Assembly (NCBI RefSeq): GCF_009914755.1
Contig: NC_060937.1
Strand: one strand, 5' to 3'
From: the human T2T-CHM13v2.0 reference genome, Homo sapiens
DNA: 64,000 bases
Positions 27,651-42,296 of the stretch are shown in pieces (the first letter of the stretch is position 1; every line of letters starts with the position of its first letter). The notes beneath the pieces were generated by a model that was not told where the DNA came from, did not search any database, and saw only the letters and a list, made by a program, of their open reading frames with translations. A program made the translations under genes and the position numbers.

Positions 27651-28420
27651 TAATTTTATTATTAAAACTAAGGTGTGGAGGACATCAGGAGGCCCATTTC
27701 ATCTATGTTCACAAGGCTGACCCACAGTATAAGTGAGACCAAGTAAAGTCACAGTGGTGGATGAGGAGGTTTGGGGATTATTCATCATTTTGGACACTTT
27801 GTGCAACTGATCATCTTCAAAGGCTGGTGCCTAAGAATTGAATGTCTAGAAAAGAAATATAGCTTAGAAAAGGTACAGCCTAAGGCTGATTCCTTTATTT
27901 TCTAATCCCACATTACCTCTAAAGAATGCTTTTTTCTATGGCCACTGTCTTACCAAAATGAAAATGGTTATCTGAAAACCAAACTACAAAGGTACCCTTT
28001 GGAAAATACATTAATGTAGCAGAGATAAAATTCTAAAAAAGCATGGGTCGTTTTATGAAAAAATGATATGTAGGCACACTTTACATGTCTATTTCCCCAT
28101 GATGGCCTCAAGTTTATTTCTATACCATCCCTGAAGATTGAGACTCAGTGAAAGTTTGTAAACCCTTCCCTAAAGCAAGCCCATATCATAAAGCATGACT
28201 GAGCTCTTTGATTCTACTTAAGAATTCCCAGGAAGATGGATGAGAAGAACCTTGCATACATCATGGCAGCCAGCTTAATTAAATTCCCATTAGGGGTTTT
28301 GGTTTTCGCTCAAAGTTACTCTTCAGGGCCAGTTCTTGGGTCTCACTCTCTCTGCATTACCCTTTCTTCCACCCAAATTTTAAGCCCTCTGCCCTATGCA
28401 TAGCAACACATCTCTGCTTG

Positions 28421-29625
28421 CTTTTTAAAATTTTGTATAAATTTATGGCATAAAAGTGCAGTTTTGTTGCATGAGTATATCGCACAGTGGTAAAGTCAGG
28501 GCTTTCAGTGTATTCATCAACTGAATAACAGACATTCTACTCATTAAGTAATTTATCACCCCTCACCTTCCTTCCAGCACCCCACCCTTCAGAGTCTCCA
28601 GTGTCTACCATTTTATACTCTATGCCTGTATGTACATATTCTAGCTCCCACTTATAAATAGTAACATGCATTATTTGTCTTTTAGTTTCTGAATTGTTTC
28701 ACTTAAGATAATGGCCCTCAGCTCCATTTATGTTGCTGCAAAAGGCATGACTTCATTCTTTTTTTATGGCTAAATAGTACTCCATTGTGTATATGTATAT
28801 ATACCACATTTTCTTTATCCAGTCATCCATTGATGAACATTTAGGTTGATTCCATATCTTCGCTATTGTGAATAATGCTGCAATAAACATATAAGTGCAG
28901 GTGTCTTTTTGATGGAATGATTTCTTTTCCTTTGAGTAGATACTCAGTATCTACTGGAATTGTAAGATCAAATGGTAGCTTCATTTTTAGTTCTTTGAGA
29001 AATCTCCATACTGTTTTCCATAAAGGTTGTACTAACCACATTTAATAATAGCCATTCTGACTGTTGTAAGATGATATCTCATTGTGGTTGTAATTTGCAC
29101 TTCTCTAATGATTGCCCATTTTCTCATGTTTGTTGACCATTTGTATGTCCTCTTTTGAAAAATGTCTATTTATGTCCCCCTTTTAAATGGGATTATTTGT
29201 GGATTTTTCTTTATTGTTGTTGTTGAGTTGTTAGAGTTCCTTGTAAATTCTGGGTATTACTTCCTGTCAAATGCATATGTGCAAATATTTTCTCCCATTC
29301 TGCAACTTGTCTGTTCATTCTGTTGATTATTTCTTTTGCTGTGCAGAAGCTTTTAAATTTCATTAAGTCTAATTTGTCTGCTTTTCTTCCTTGTGCTTTT
29401 GAGGACTTAGTCATGAATTCTTTGCCTAGACCAATGTCCAGAAGAGTTTTCCCTAGATTATCTTCTAGGATTTTTATAGTTTCAGGTCTTACATTTAAGA
29501 CTTTAATCCATCTTGAGTTGATTTGTGTATACAGTGAGGGATAGGGGTCCAGTTTTATTCTTCTGCATATGGCTATTCAATTTTCCCAGCACCATTTATT
29601 GAAAAGGATGTCCTTTCTCCAGTGC
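28421..29625 (-). mobile_element. L1MA/L1PB 3' portion (ORF2 C-terminus and 3' UTR)
   Basis: Translated remnants [17 protein letters not shown] and [25 protein letters not shown]. Confidence 0.92.
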
Positions 29626-29951
29626 CTCTGTCTACCTTTTAAATCTAGGCATTCACAGGCTTCTGAACAGGCAATCATTCACAAAACCGAAGCAGCTGTC
29701 ATGGTAGAGAAGACTTTTCTGCAGGGAAAAAGATTCCCTCCAGATGATTATAACATGTCAAAACCCAGCCCTAGAAAAATTATGATGATTATTGTTGCTA
29801 TACAATTTTACAAACAGATTTCTTGCCTCTTCCTTCTTACTGCATGTCTTAGTTCTGTTTTCACTCACCTTCTGATTTCTCCAGAAACTTGTTCCTTTAA
29901 TTATTTCTTCCCCTGTATCTTCAGCCCTTCCTCTCACTGGCTCATTTCGAT

Positions 29952-30254
29952 CATTATTATTATTACTTATTTTCTGAGATGAGGTCCCAATCTGTTGCCT
30001 GGGCTAGAGTGCAATTAACGTGATCATGGCTCACTGCAGCCTCTACCTCTTGGGCTCAAGCAGTTCTCCTGCCTCGCCTCCCGAGTAACTGAGACAACAG
30101 GTGCACCACCATGCCTGGCTAATTTTTTCTTTTTTGTAGAGATGGAGATCTCACTGTGTTGTCCAGTGGTCTTGAACTCCTGGGATTAAGCAATCCTCCC
30201 ACCTTGGCCTCACAAAGTGTTTGGATTACAGGAGTGAGTCACTGCACCCAGCCT
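29952..30254 (-). mobile_element. AluJ
   Basis: Diverged antisense Alu. Confidence 0.9.
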
Positions 30255-30554
30255 CCCACCATTTTTAAATGTTCAGGTTTCTCCCATCATTTTGTTTATT
30301 TAAAAATAAACAAAAATCACTTTACCTTCTCCTATGACTTCTTGCAGTCATCATCAAGTTGAGTCTCTGACATAGAGCTTCCCAGAGTTCTTTGCATTTT
30401 AGAGACATTATAGGGGGACCCACCCAAAAGTGTGAAGAATATAGAGACTCTCAGACACTGTACCAACCAACCAGAGGTGATGACTGTTTGAAAGCCCCAT
30501 CGGTTCCCCTAGGGAGTATGTATAAGACCAGCTGAAAGGCTCCAGAAAAATTAA

Positions 30555-30972
<418 letters not shown>

Positions 30973-31211
30973 CTCTGTCTTGCTATTGAATGAAGAGTTC
31001 CTTGCTACTCCCTTAGCTGTATTGAACACCACGGTTATGACTACCCAGTCATGCTGTACTAAACATGAACTCCTCAAGGGCAAAGCCAGGGGATTCACAG
31101 AGCATTTGCAGAATTGCATCCAAAGGATTCATCACATCTAGCATGTTTGTGTGGCTGTGTGGGTGGCCCGTGGAGGATCTTTATACACACCTTGATTTTC
31201 TTTTCTTTTAC

Positions 31212-31766
31212 TGAGAGACTAAATATACAAGTAGACAATGGACAGACCATGTATAAAAATGGAACTCTGATCCACAATGTGCAGAAACCAGCCTGAGAAA
31301 CCAACCCATGATCCACAGTAACCAAACCAGGAAGCCAACTGTCTACAAGTCAGACTTGTAGGAAGTCAGACCACTGTCCCTAGCAAACAGCCCAGAAAGC
31401 CAAACAATAAGTCCTATAACCATTGGTCCCAAGTGGTCAGGACTTGATTAATGACTGGTAGCTTCCCTAATTTTTGTCCCTGCTTCCAACTTAAGACCAA
31501 CCAGAGAAAGCCAAATACTGGCCCCTTTGACTAATCTCATAGGATACCCCTTCTAGTTAGCTGCCTCCAGCTTCCTCACGCCAACAGCCTCCAATCAGGG
31601 CACACCCGAAGCCTTCCCTTTTTCCCACTGTGAAGCTCTCCCACTCCTCTGCCTGCCTTTGAGTCTTGGCCAACCGCAAATGATGGTGGCCGACTCCTTG
31701 CTGGAGCAAACTCTGCATAAATGGCCTTTGCCTGCTCTCCTTTGTTGGTCTTCATTGATTTCCACA
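31212..31766 (+). mobile_element. ERV1-class solo LTR (MER67-like)
   Basis: TG...CA termini, 555 bp, repeated ccaggaagccaa motifs, CCAAT box, decayed TATA and poly(A) signals. Family name is from recall. Confidence 0.6.
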
Positions 31767-34700
31767 TTTCTCAGTACTATAGGCTTGTGATTGTTCTACA
31801 TCTTTCCATAAAAGCTGCCTTTTTAAACTCTGATGGCTGCCTTGCAGGCCATCGAATGGAAAGAACGTAATCTATTCAGCCCTAATTCTACTAGTGGTCA
31901 TGCAGTTTATTTCCCCCTCACCTTTTTTAAATAATTGCAAACAATTCTGGAATAAGTATCATTGTACAACTTCACACATGTATGAATCTGTCCACAGGGT
32001 AGAGAGGGGGACTTGCTGGGTGGTGGAAGTGGCCTTATTTATTCAAAGACGTTCCCTGAATGCCTACTGGTCAGGTCAGACTTCCAGGAAATGGACTTTG
32101 GGGTGAAGGTTTGCATGTAGGATGTTGCAGAAGAGTGCTCTGAGCCACAGTACCTGTGAAGAGAGCAGCACAGAGTAGAGAGTTATCCTCTCCAAATTAT
32201 CCTGAATTGAGGCAAAGGACTGGGCCCTGGTCCCTACCCTTTCTCACTGACCAGTCATTAGATGGGGGCTACCCAGGGAGCAAGGCCAGTTCCCGGGGAG
32301 AGACTCCGCCATCAGTAGCTGGGGAATGCTAGCCTCAGTCTTCAGTGGTGGGTCTGAGCAGTACAGGGCACACCAGCCATGCATCAGGCTGGGCACTCAG
32401 GACATTCTGCTCCCTGTCCTTGCAAAACTTACAGTCTTCTGGGAGACAGACATGTCACCAATTAAGGACAACCAAGTGTCATCTGGGCTGTGATGGGGGG
32501 AAGCCAGGGGCTAGAAGGGGCAAGACTCCAAATACATATTAGGATAACGTGTGGTAAATGTCTTCCTTCATATGAGGGCAAAACTCGGGCTGTCTATGTC
32601 CCACCAGTCTATTCCCGTGACCATTTGAAAAGGAATGGATGGACTTTGACAGCAACACTAAGTTCTGCCCTGGAAGGCATGAGATCAGTTTGTCCCTAAG
32701 TTGCTGTGTGACTGTGTCCCCCTGTACCCAGAATAGTGTCAGGCACTAGGTGCTCAAAATGTACTTGAAGAATAACTCCTACGAGATAGGTACATTTATC
32801 AGCCCCACTTTACAGCAGTAAGTTTTTGGAGGGATATACATGGGTCAGATTCTGAAAGGTCTGTTCAACATCACCTCATAGGTGTTAGCTGTAGCCACAG
32901 CCTGGATTCAGGACTCACGTTTTAAGCAGCTCGATGGATGCAGACCATGGTCAATGTGCCAAAAGCAGTAGTGAATTTAGACGACACGTGGATGTAATGT
33001 ATTACATCCATTGGATTTATGTATTTATTAATGTATTATGTCCATTGGATTTAGCAACAGCAAAACCGTCAGGGACCTCAGCAAGAGCTATGGGAGCAGC
33101 ATGGCGGCTTCTCTGGATTTGCTAACCACTACATCTTAGAAAACCAAAATCGTGCATGAAGCCCCCATCCTGCTCCAATTCGAGCCATTTCAACAACTGC
33201 TTGCATATTTAGAAGAACATGAAAGCATATTCAATCCACAAATTTGCAGCAAGACTCTGGAAAAGACACGCTTTATGTCCTCAGCTGCCATGAGGCCCCT
33301 TCATCCCCACCCCGCTTCCCAACCCCAAGCCCCTGCCTCCAGCTCACTGGGCTTCTCCATTTTTTTCTTCCCCCTCCTGCCAGCCTCCCCACTTCTCCAA
33401 TTCTGTCACAAAAGATACTCTTCTGGGCTAGGGGTAGGGGAGAAGGAGGACTTGAGTGAACGGAATTAAATTCTTTTTGGCCGGGGCAGGACGAGAGAAG
33501 AAAAACGCCATGAAGAAACCTTGTGTCCTACACATCACAGCACTGATCCCACCTTAGGTGTGGAGTTTGGGATAGTGCCTGAAAAGCGCATCGCCAAGAT
33601 CAGCAGCATGCCTTTCTCAACATTCAGCGCAGCCTCTCCCACCTCCTCCTGGGGTCTGATCCTGTGAGTACCCACGATTGCTCTGCCTGTGGAAGCTCTG
33701 AGGCCTGTGAAAACAGTCTTGTTTTCACTAATGCACAAATCCATCCTTCCTTCTGTTCCAGGAGTTTCAGAAATAACTCATGTTTCCGTGCAACCTGCCA
33801 CCGTGTGTCCTGAGTAAGCTGTTACCGACAATACATGCTAACGCTTGAATTATTTAAACCCGTGTAAAACAGATTCAAGGTTATCTCCAGAGTGACTGTC
33901 ATTCTCACTTGCTTTCTTGAGTGACATTGAAATGGGAGGAGTTACATCCTCCGTTTCTGTAATGGCTCAGGACTGTGTTTCACCTGGGAATACCACTCAC
34001 TGCGGGTGTGAGCTGGGGTTCGAATTCTCTTTGACCTCAAGACGGTCTCATGTGGTACTCTCTACATCGAAAACACTGCCTTTCAACTGACCACCACAAT
34101 GAAACCTTGGCTTTGTCAGAAAAAAAAAACTTTTAATGGCAAATATGGGCTTAGACCAATCTAAGACCCTGCACACTCCGTGTCCTATGTGATGTGGTGG
34201 CAGAGAAGCTATCTCGCAGGCATGCTGTCACAAGTGGAACCTCAACGAGTGTCATTAGTAGACTGTCAGTGAAGTTCAGCTTTGAAATTTTATGAGGGCC
34301 ACACTGTGTGCAAAATTACACATGTACACTTTGGCCAACAAAAATTCAAAATCCACATTAACAACTGAATTTCAGCCAAAGAAGATGCTTTGGAAAATAA
34401 AACTGCTTATCCTCTCTGATGAAGAGACTAGTTTTATAATAATATGCTCTTCCCTGCATCCACCAACTCTATTTCCTCCTGACACTGTTTGTTCCTCGCT
34501 GGCCATTTCCAACCCAGGAGAGAGGTTCCTGAGCTGGACTTCGGTGGCTCTCCAAGCTCCAGGCAAGCGGCTTCCTATTCTTCCTAAAAGAACCCACAGG
34601 CCTTTAATGTCTCAGAGGCTGGAGACCCAGGAAACCCACCCAGTGGCCATCAGACCTGCTTGGTCCATGCCATGCTGGTGGTTAGAGGGGACATGGGTGG

Positions 34701-35414
34701 GAAGTGCAGGGGCCAGGACAGCCATGGGATGTAACAGAAGTATAGTCAGGGGGCTTGTGTGGGCTTAAGCTGAGGGAAATTCTTTTGTGTCTTCATAGCA
34801 GGTGATACATTTTATTAAACCAGATGATTGGGACTCAAAGTCATTTTCTCACCAGCTGCTATGAAACTGTTCCCTGATGAGATGTTTTGGAAGGTGAATG
34901 TTTCCATAAACTCCTTAAGATTAGGAACAGAGGCTGAGTCCAGGGGCTTTGGGTCAGCTGCTGCCTGCCAGAGAAAGCTGGTGGTGCTGAGATGAGCAAA
35001 GAAAAGAGTTTATTTCAGAAAGAGGTGTGACAGTTGATTGAATCACCTGGAGAGAAGGGCACAGGGGTGGACAGAGATGAGGTTTAGAGGAGCAGCTGCC
35101 CAAGGAGGATTTGGGAGTGAGGTGACTCATTGAACCCTGAACTCTTCCCTTGACCTCACAAATGTTGTGTAAGCCAAAGTGTGCCACAATATGATCGGAG
35201 TGACAGCTGACAACAGGACTAAGATTTCTGTCAGGCTTGCAAGAGAACAGCTGATAATCTGGGTTGCATTGATGCTTTAAAGTGCTTCAAGTACAGATTG
35301 TACCTTAGGTTAAGGTTAGAGTACCTTGGGGACTATGTATCTCCCTGGTTGCCACATAAGCTTAGGAGGCTAGCATATCTGGGCTCAAGCTCTAGTTCTA
35401 CTGTCTTTAGTCCA

Positions 35415-37682
35415 TGATGTGGTATGGCTGTGTCCCCACCCAAATCTCATCTCGAATTCCCATGTGTTGTGGGAGGGGCCTGGTGGGAGGTAATTGAATC
35501 ATGGGGGCAGGTCTCTCCTGTGCAGCGCTTATGATAGTGAATAAGTCTCATGAGATCTCTTGGTTCTATAAGGGGGAGTTTCCTTTCACAAACTCTCTCT
35601 TTGCCTGCTGCCATCCATTTAAGATGTGACTTGCTCCTTCTTGCCTTCCACCATGATTGTGAGGCCTCCCCTAGCCATGTGGAACTGTGAGTCCATTAAA
35701 CCTTTTCCTGTATAAGTTACCCAGTCTTGGGTATGTCTTTATCAGCAGTGTGAAAATGAACTAATACAGTAAATTGGTACCAACAGGGTGGGACACTGCT
35801 GAAAAGATACCAGAAAATGTGGAAGCGACTTTCGGACTGGGTAACAGGTAGAGGCTGGAAGAGTTTGAAGGGCTCAGAAGAAGTCAGGAAAATGTGGGAC
35901 AATTTGGATCTCCCTAGAGACTTGTTGAATGGCTTTGGCCAAAATGCTAAAAATGATATGGACAATGAAATCTAGGCTGAGGTGGACACAGATGGAGTTG
36001 AGGAACTTGTTGGGAACTGGAGTAAAGGTGATTCATGCTATGTTTTAGCAAAGAGACTGGTGGCATTTTGACCCTGCCCTGGAGATTTGTGGAACTTTGA
36101 ATTTGAGGGAGATTATTTAAAGTGTCTGGGGGAAGAAATTGCTAAGCAGCAAAGCATTCAAGAGGTGACTTGGGTGCTGTTAAAGGCATTCAGTTTTAAA
36201 AGGAAACAGAACATAAAAGTTCAGAAAATATGCAGCCTGAGGATGCCATAGAAAAAGAAAAACCTATTTTCTAAGGAGAAATTCAATCCAGCTGCATAAA
36301 TTTGCATAAGTAACGAGGAGCCAAATGTTAATTGCCAAGACAATGGGGAAAATGTTTCCAGGGCATGTTAGAGAACTTTGAGGCAGCCCCTCCCATCACA
36401 GGCTTGGAGGCCTAGAAGGAAAAAAATGGTTTCATGGGCTGGACCCAGGGTCCCTGTGCTGTGTGCAGCCTAGGGGCTTGGTGCCCTGCATCCCAGCCTC
36501 TCCACGTATGGCTTAAAGGGGCCAATGCAGAGCTCAGGCTTCAGAAGGTGCAAGCCCCAAGCCTTGGCAGCTTCCACATGGTGTTGAGCCTGCGAGTGCA
36601 CTGAAGTCAAGAATTGGGATTTGGGAACCTCTGTCTATATTTCAGAAGATGTATGGAAATGTCTGGATGCCCAGGCAGAAGTTTGCTGCAGGGATGGGGC
36701 CCTCATGGAGAACCTCTGCTAGGGCAGTGCAGAAGGAAAATGTGGAATCAGAGCCCCCACACAGAGTCCCTACTGGGGCACTGCCTAGTGGAGCTGTGAG
36801 AAGAGGGCCAGAGTCCTCCAGACCCCAGAGTGGTAGATCCATTGAAAGCTTGCATTGTGCACCTGGAAAAGCCATAGACACTCAATGCCAGCCCATGAAA
36901 GCAGCTGGGAGGGAGGATATACCCTGCAAAGCCACAGGGGCTGAGCTGCCCAATACCATGGGGACCCACCTCTTGCATCAGCATGACCTAGATGTGAGAC
37001 CTGGAGTCAAAGGAGATCATTTTAGAGCTTTAAGATTTGACTACCCTGCTGGATTTTGGACTTGCATGGGGACTGTAGCCCCTTTGTTTTGGCCAATTTC
37101 TCCCATTTGGAATGGCTGTATTTACCCAATGCCTGTATCCCCATTGTATCTAGGAAGTAACTAACTTGTTTTTGATTTTACAAGTTCATAGATGGAAGGG
37201 ACTTGCCTTGTTTTGGATGAGACCTTGGACTGTGAATTTTTGAGTTAATGCTGAAATGAATTAAGACTTTGGGCAACTGTTGGGAAGGCATTATTGGTTT
37301 TGAAATGGGAGGACATGAGGTTGGGAGGGGCCAGGGGCAGAATGATATGGTTTGGCTCTGTGTCCCCACTGATATCGTGAATTCCCCCATGTTGTGAGAG
37401 GGACTCGGTGGGAGGTAATTGAATCATGGGGGCAGGTCTTTCTTGTGCTGTTCTCATAATAGTGAATAAGTTTCATGAGAGCTGATGGTTTTATAAAGGG
37501 GAGTTTCCCTGCACAAGCTCTCCTCTCTTGTCTGCCTCCATGTGAGATGTGCTTTTCACCTTCCCCTATGACTGTGAGGCCTCCAGGCCATGTGGAACTG
37601 TGAGTCCAATAAGCCTCTTTCTTTTTAAAATTGCCCAGTCTCAGATATGTCTTTATCAGCAGCATGAAAACAGACTAATACA
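35415..37682 (+). mobile_element. Complete THE1B-like MaLR element (5' LTR 35415-35768, internal 35769-37342, 3' LTR 37343-37682)
   Basis: TG...CA LTRs ending ACTAATACA. Internal region starts GTAAATTGGTACC, with a polypurine tract GGGAGGGGCCAGGGGCAGAA. Perfect 5-bp TSD GTCCA at 35410-35414 and 37683-37687. Confidence 0.95.
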
Positions 37683-38104
37683 GTCCACATTCAATAAATA
37701 AGTATTTACTTAACACAAACTATTTGTTAGGCATAGTGATAGGTACTCAGGTATACAATGATGATTAGAATAGGCACTTTAGCAAGTTAAATAATCTCTT
37801 TAAGTGTCCTGCCTATAAATTGCAGATGATCCCTGCATCAAAATGTTGTCATCAGTATTAAATGAGATAATACATTTAAAGCATTTTCATTGTATCCAGC
37901 TAGAAAAGTCCTGTTTTAATATGACCTATCCTTCTTATTCAATTACTTGATTAATATTGAGAAAAAATACTCTCTTTAAAGTTCTCTGTAACTTTAAGAT
38001 AGTTATTAGATCAGTAACTGGCTTCCATTTCTTCAGGAAAAATAATCCTCAATTTTTTCATCTTTCTTCATTGATTATATTTCCTATAACTTTAATCACT
38101 TTTT

Positions 38105-38414
<310 letters not shown>

Positions 38415-39589
38415 TAAGCTGAAGTCATTCAAGTTTGTCTGTAACCATTTTCCAATACAGTGCTCCCACATGGACTAGGAGAAATCTCATGGGCATGGAA
38501 GTGAGAGGGAAGGTAGTTCTCAGCCTTCCTTCCAATTCTGCTTGGAGCCTTTCTACCTCACCAGTCTCTCTTCTCCCTCTAGGGTCAGACTGAGCCCCCA
38601 AAAAGCCACCACTGGAGTATGACCTGCAAGCAAAACTTCTCACCCAACACAGTCATCAACATCATTCTGCCTTTTCCCTTATCTGTGCAATGGACACCAG
38701 AATGGAATCAAGTCTACTGAGGACATTTACATGTTTGGCTGGTGTGGTTGTGAAGAGTGAGTGGAGGGCAATTTGAAATTCTGATTAAATTATTCCTCTT
38801 CTGGGATTTTTTAGAGCAAAATCATAGGCATGGGCAAACATACATGGGGCTATCCCTCGAAGCATGTTTCCAGGAGTAAAACTGGAAATGGTCTGGAATG
38901 TCGACAAAAAGAGAATTGGTTAAATAAGCAATGGTATTTTCATTTTATATCATTCTATGGAAACATTCAAATTACTTGGTAGAAAACTGTGTCATGCTAA
39001 TAGAAATGCGTTCACTGTACATTAAGTGAAAACACAGCATGTTTAAAAAATTATGTTATACAACAGAATGCTAGTAAAGCACTTAGCACTTTGCCTGGCT
39101 CTGGAAGTGTTAGCTATCATCATCTTTAAAAGCATAATCTCAGATTTGAGAGAAGCAGTTATAATTAATGAAAGAAAAGAATATATTACAATTTCAAGTG
39201 GTTATCAATGAGTAGAAGGATCATGGATTTGTGTGTCTTTCTTTGTGATTTTGAATTTTGTGAATTGTCGGTCATGAACTAGTACTTTTACTCTAGAGTA
39301 ACAAAAGAATCTTACTGAAAGCTGCTAACTTGTCCTACCACCATCAGGGTCTTAGACAAAGCCCTGTGCTGGGAAGCGGGAGATGGACCAACCCTTCCCT
39401 GTACCTCTGAGCTATGAGTTTAGGTATTTCCCTTCAGCTCTCTAGGCTTTGTTTACCCTTTTGGGGATAATAGCTGACTTTTTAAGGTTAGGGGATACTT
39501 GCTTATGCTGACATTTGGGAGAATTTTCATTCATAATAATAAAGATAGTTCCACGTCATGAGCCCCTAGTAGATGCCGCCGTATATCCA

Positions 39590-39735
39590 TGATATCCTCA
39601 GCAGTATCTGATGGGTGAGGAGACTTAGGTTTGGAGACATGAAACGACTTACCCAAGGTGACACAGACAGAAAGTGACCACCCCAGGACTTGGACAGGTC
39701 TATCCAACCCCAGGACCAGTCAACTGCCTTAACAG
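39590..39735 (-). mobile_element. MIR fragment
   Basis: gaaacgacttacccaaggtgacacagacagaaagtg. Confidence 0.55.
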
Positions 39736-42296
39736 AGGAAACTGGCCCCAGGGGATTTTTCTTGTAATCCAGCTGAAGCATGTGACTTCTATCCAGGATG
39801 GGCTAAAAAGAAAAGTGTGCGATGGGGTAGGGTGGGAGTTTGGGGTTATGGCTTTCCGGAGCCTGAGAGAGTGAGGCACAAGTGGATCTAGTGTCCCCAA
39901 TCAACCCCAGACCTCAGCATCCACACGTGGGATAGAGGAGCAGCCCAGGGCTGGTCCTGGGTGAGATTTCTGCCTCAGAGGGAGAGGTCCTCATTGCTGG
40001 CCTTTGGTGAGGAAGCATTCTCATGAAAGCCACTTGACCCTGAGGGCTGGGAAGCTGAGGGCACTGAGTCGGTGTCTGGGGAGGGTGTGGAGTACACCTG
40101 GGCTCTTTCCATGGGCTCTGTGAGTTGCTGCCAAGCCCAGGGGACAGGCTTATGCAGATGTGTTCTAGGTAAAGCTGAACCATGCCGCCGAAATCCTCGT
40201 CCCAGAAAATTGGGTCAGCATTCTCTAAATCCAACCGATATCACCTCACCTCGCTTAATTCTAGACCATAATACAAAAAGTGAGCCGATGCCCCTGCTGC
40301 GGGGAGCTTGCGCTCACGAACAAGGTCCGTTTTGGGGAAAGGCCTCACTCCTATGTCCCAGCTGGACAGTAGCACGGGAGCCCCATCTAGCTATCAGTTC
40401 TGGCAGCCTTCCTTTGGATTACAAGCTTAGGACAACCGCAATGCTTCCACCCTATGCTTGGTGCGAAAGTTTTCAAAACAGAGAGAAATAGGTCTCTGCG
40501 CTGTTTCTTTTCCCCTCCGGCACCCCTTCGGTGGGAGACAGTTGATGTCTTTTTGAGGTGGGGCTGAGTGGGCCCTCCCTGCTCCTCAGCAGCTCCAGCG
40601 ACCACCCTAGACGTGCTAGGAAGATGACACCCTGAGCCCTGCTCAGAAGGGGGCACCACTTGCGAGTAGGCCCTGACCAACAGGAGAGAGAGCCTTTGCC
40701 CAGACCACGCCTGTGTGTCTCCCCCAAATTCACAGAAAGAAAAGGACGCGCAGTCGCTTAGCGATTACTAAGCCCAGACACAGGAGAGGGAATCCTAGCC
40801 CTGCTCCTCCCCCAGTCCTTCGCAGTCTCTCCTTGTCTGTAAGGAGGTGTGGCCTGACCGCTTTACATCTGACTCTAAAACTCACAGGTCAAGGAAAAAC
40901 TCTGTGATGTGCGGTGGGGCGATTTGCCGGCAGCCGGCGGCATCCTCGCCTCGGGCCTGTTTAGAACCCAGAGCTGGCCTTCTTCATTTGACACCTGTCT
41001 CACGCAGAAGAGCCGGCGGGGCCACAAGGGAGCTCCTGGTACAGACTGCTCTATAAAGCATAGACACTCGGGGAGGGGAGGGGCGGCAAATTCCCACCTA
41101 CAGGAGAGGTGCGCTCTCCGGGTTTGGTCCTTCTCCACACCCACCCTTTCTGGGCCATGCTCCAGTTAAAACCACATGTAAAAGCACAGGCTGTGGTGGC
41201 CCGGCAGAGAGATGGAGAAGGGGGCTGGTGACCTCCCTCCCAGAGCCCATGGGCAGGCCACAGGTTCACCTGCCGGAGTCAGACTTCACGGGCTCTCTCC
41301 AGCCCAGAAGAAAGGAGTGCAAAGCAAATCTGCCGTAGAAATATTCTTAAAGTTAAGTCCTCAAAGCAAATTCAGAATTCATTATTTTGGGTACATGTAA
41401 ATATGTATTTGCTGCTTAACCTGTGGTTCAACCTTTGCACTTTTATACATTCTAAAATTTTTTAGTTTATGCAAAAATCAGTGTAATCAGGATCCTGTAG
41501 AAATGTAATTAAATTTTGTTAAGTTTACAAGGTTTTGTTTTTCTCAGATCTAAACTTCCTGAGTCACACTCTGCATTTGAGACTCAGAATCCCCTGTTTC
41601 TAAATGGCATATTTAGGTAAATTGAAAATAACGACAATGCATCTATTCAACATTAAGAAATGCACAATCTTTTTACAAAGCAAAATTTGTCATATATACC
41701 ACATATGAAATGTCACGAAACTCAGACAACTGTTTTGCTTTTAACTAAGCTGTTATTACAGCGTGAGCTACAAAGCTATATATCTTCAATTCAGCAAGAG
41801 TTACAACACAGTGCAATTGTGATATCTGACAAATAATTACTCACTCTGTTTTAAATATTAAAGTGCATTACCTATCACGCAAATCACATGAATCTGATTT
41901 TAATCCACAATTGAAATCTTGACATTGAGGACAGAATTTAATATATTTTCAGTCTTCAACTGTTTAAAGATCAGATTTCTAAGTGTCACAATAGTTTTTT
42001 AAGAGGCCATATGAAAATTACAGAATCTTCACATAATCATTCAGTTGTTAACATTACTGTGAGCAGCAGCCTCTCAGGGCTCACACACAGCCACACCGGG
42101 GAGTTAATGCGGTCTGCCTTTGTTAGAGGCACTGGGGCTCGCATTCCATTGTGAGCATCTCGTGCTGAGATCACCTGCTGAGATTAAAGCAAATTAAATT
42201 CCCTGGGAAAAGCGATTTTTGAAAAATTATATAGAAGGAAGACTACTGTAAACTGGTGTACATTTTCCTCCTTCTCTCACTCAAAAGTCCATGGGG

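Noticed and set aside
31343-31361. Palindrome CTACAAGTC-A-GACTTGTAG
   Set aside because: Lies inside the solo LTR and appears intrinsic to that family
36649-37164. 171-aa ORF
   Set aside because: Remnant of the THE1 internal ORF within a decayed MaLR element, not a host gene
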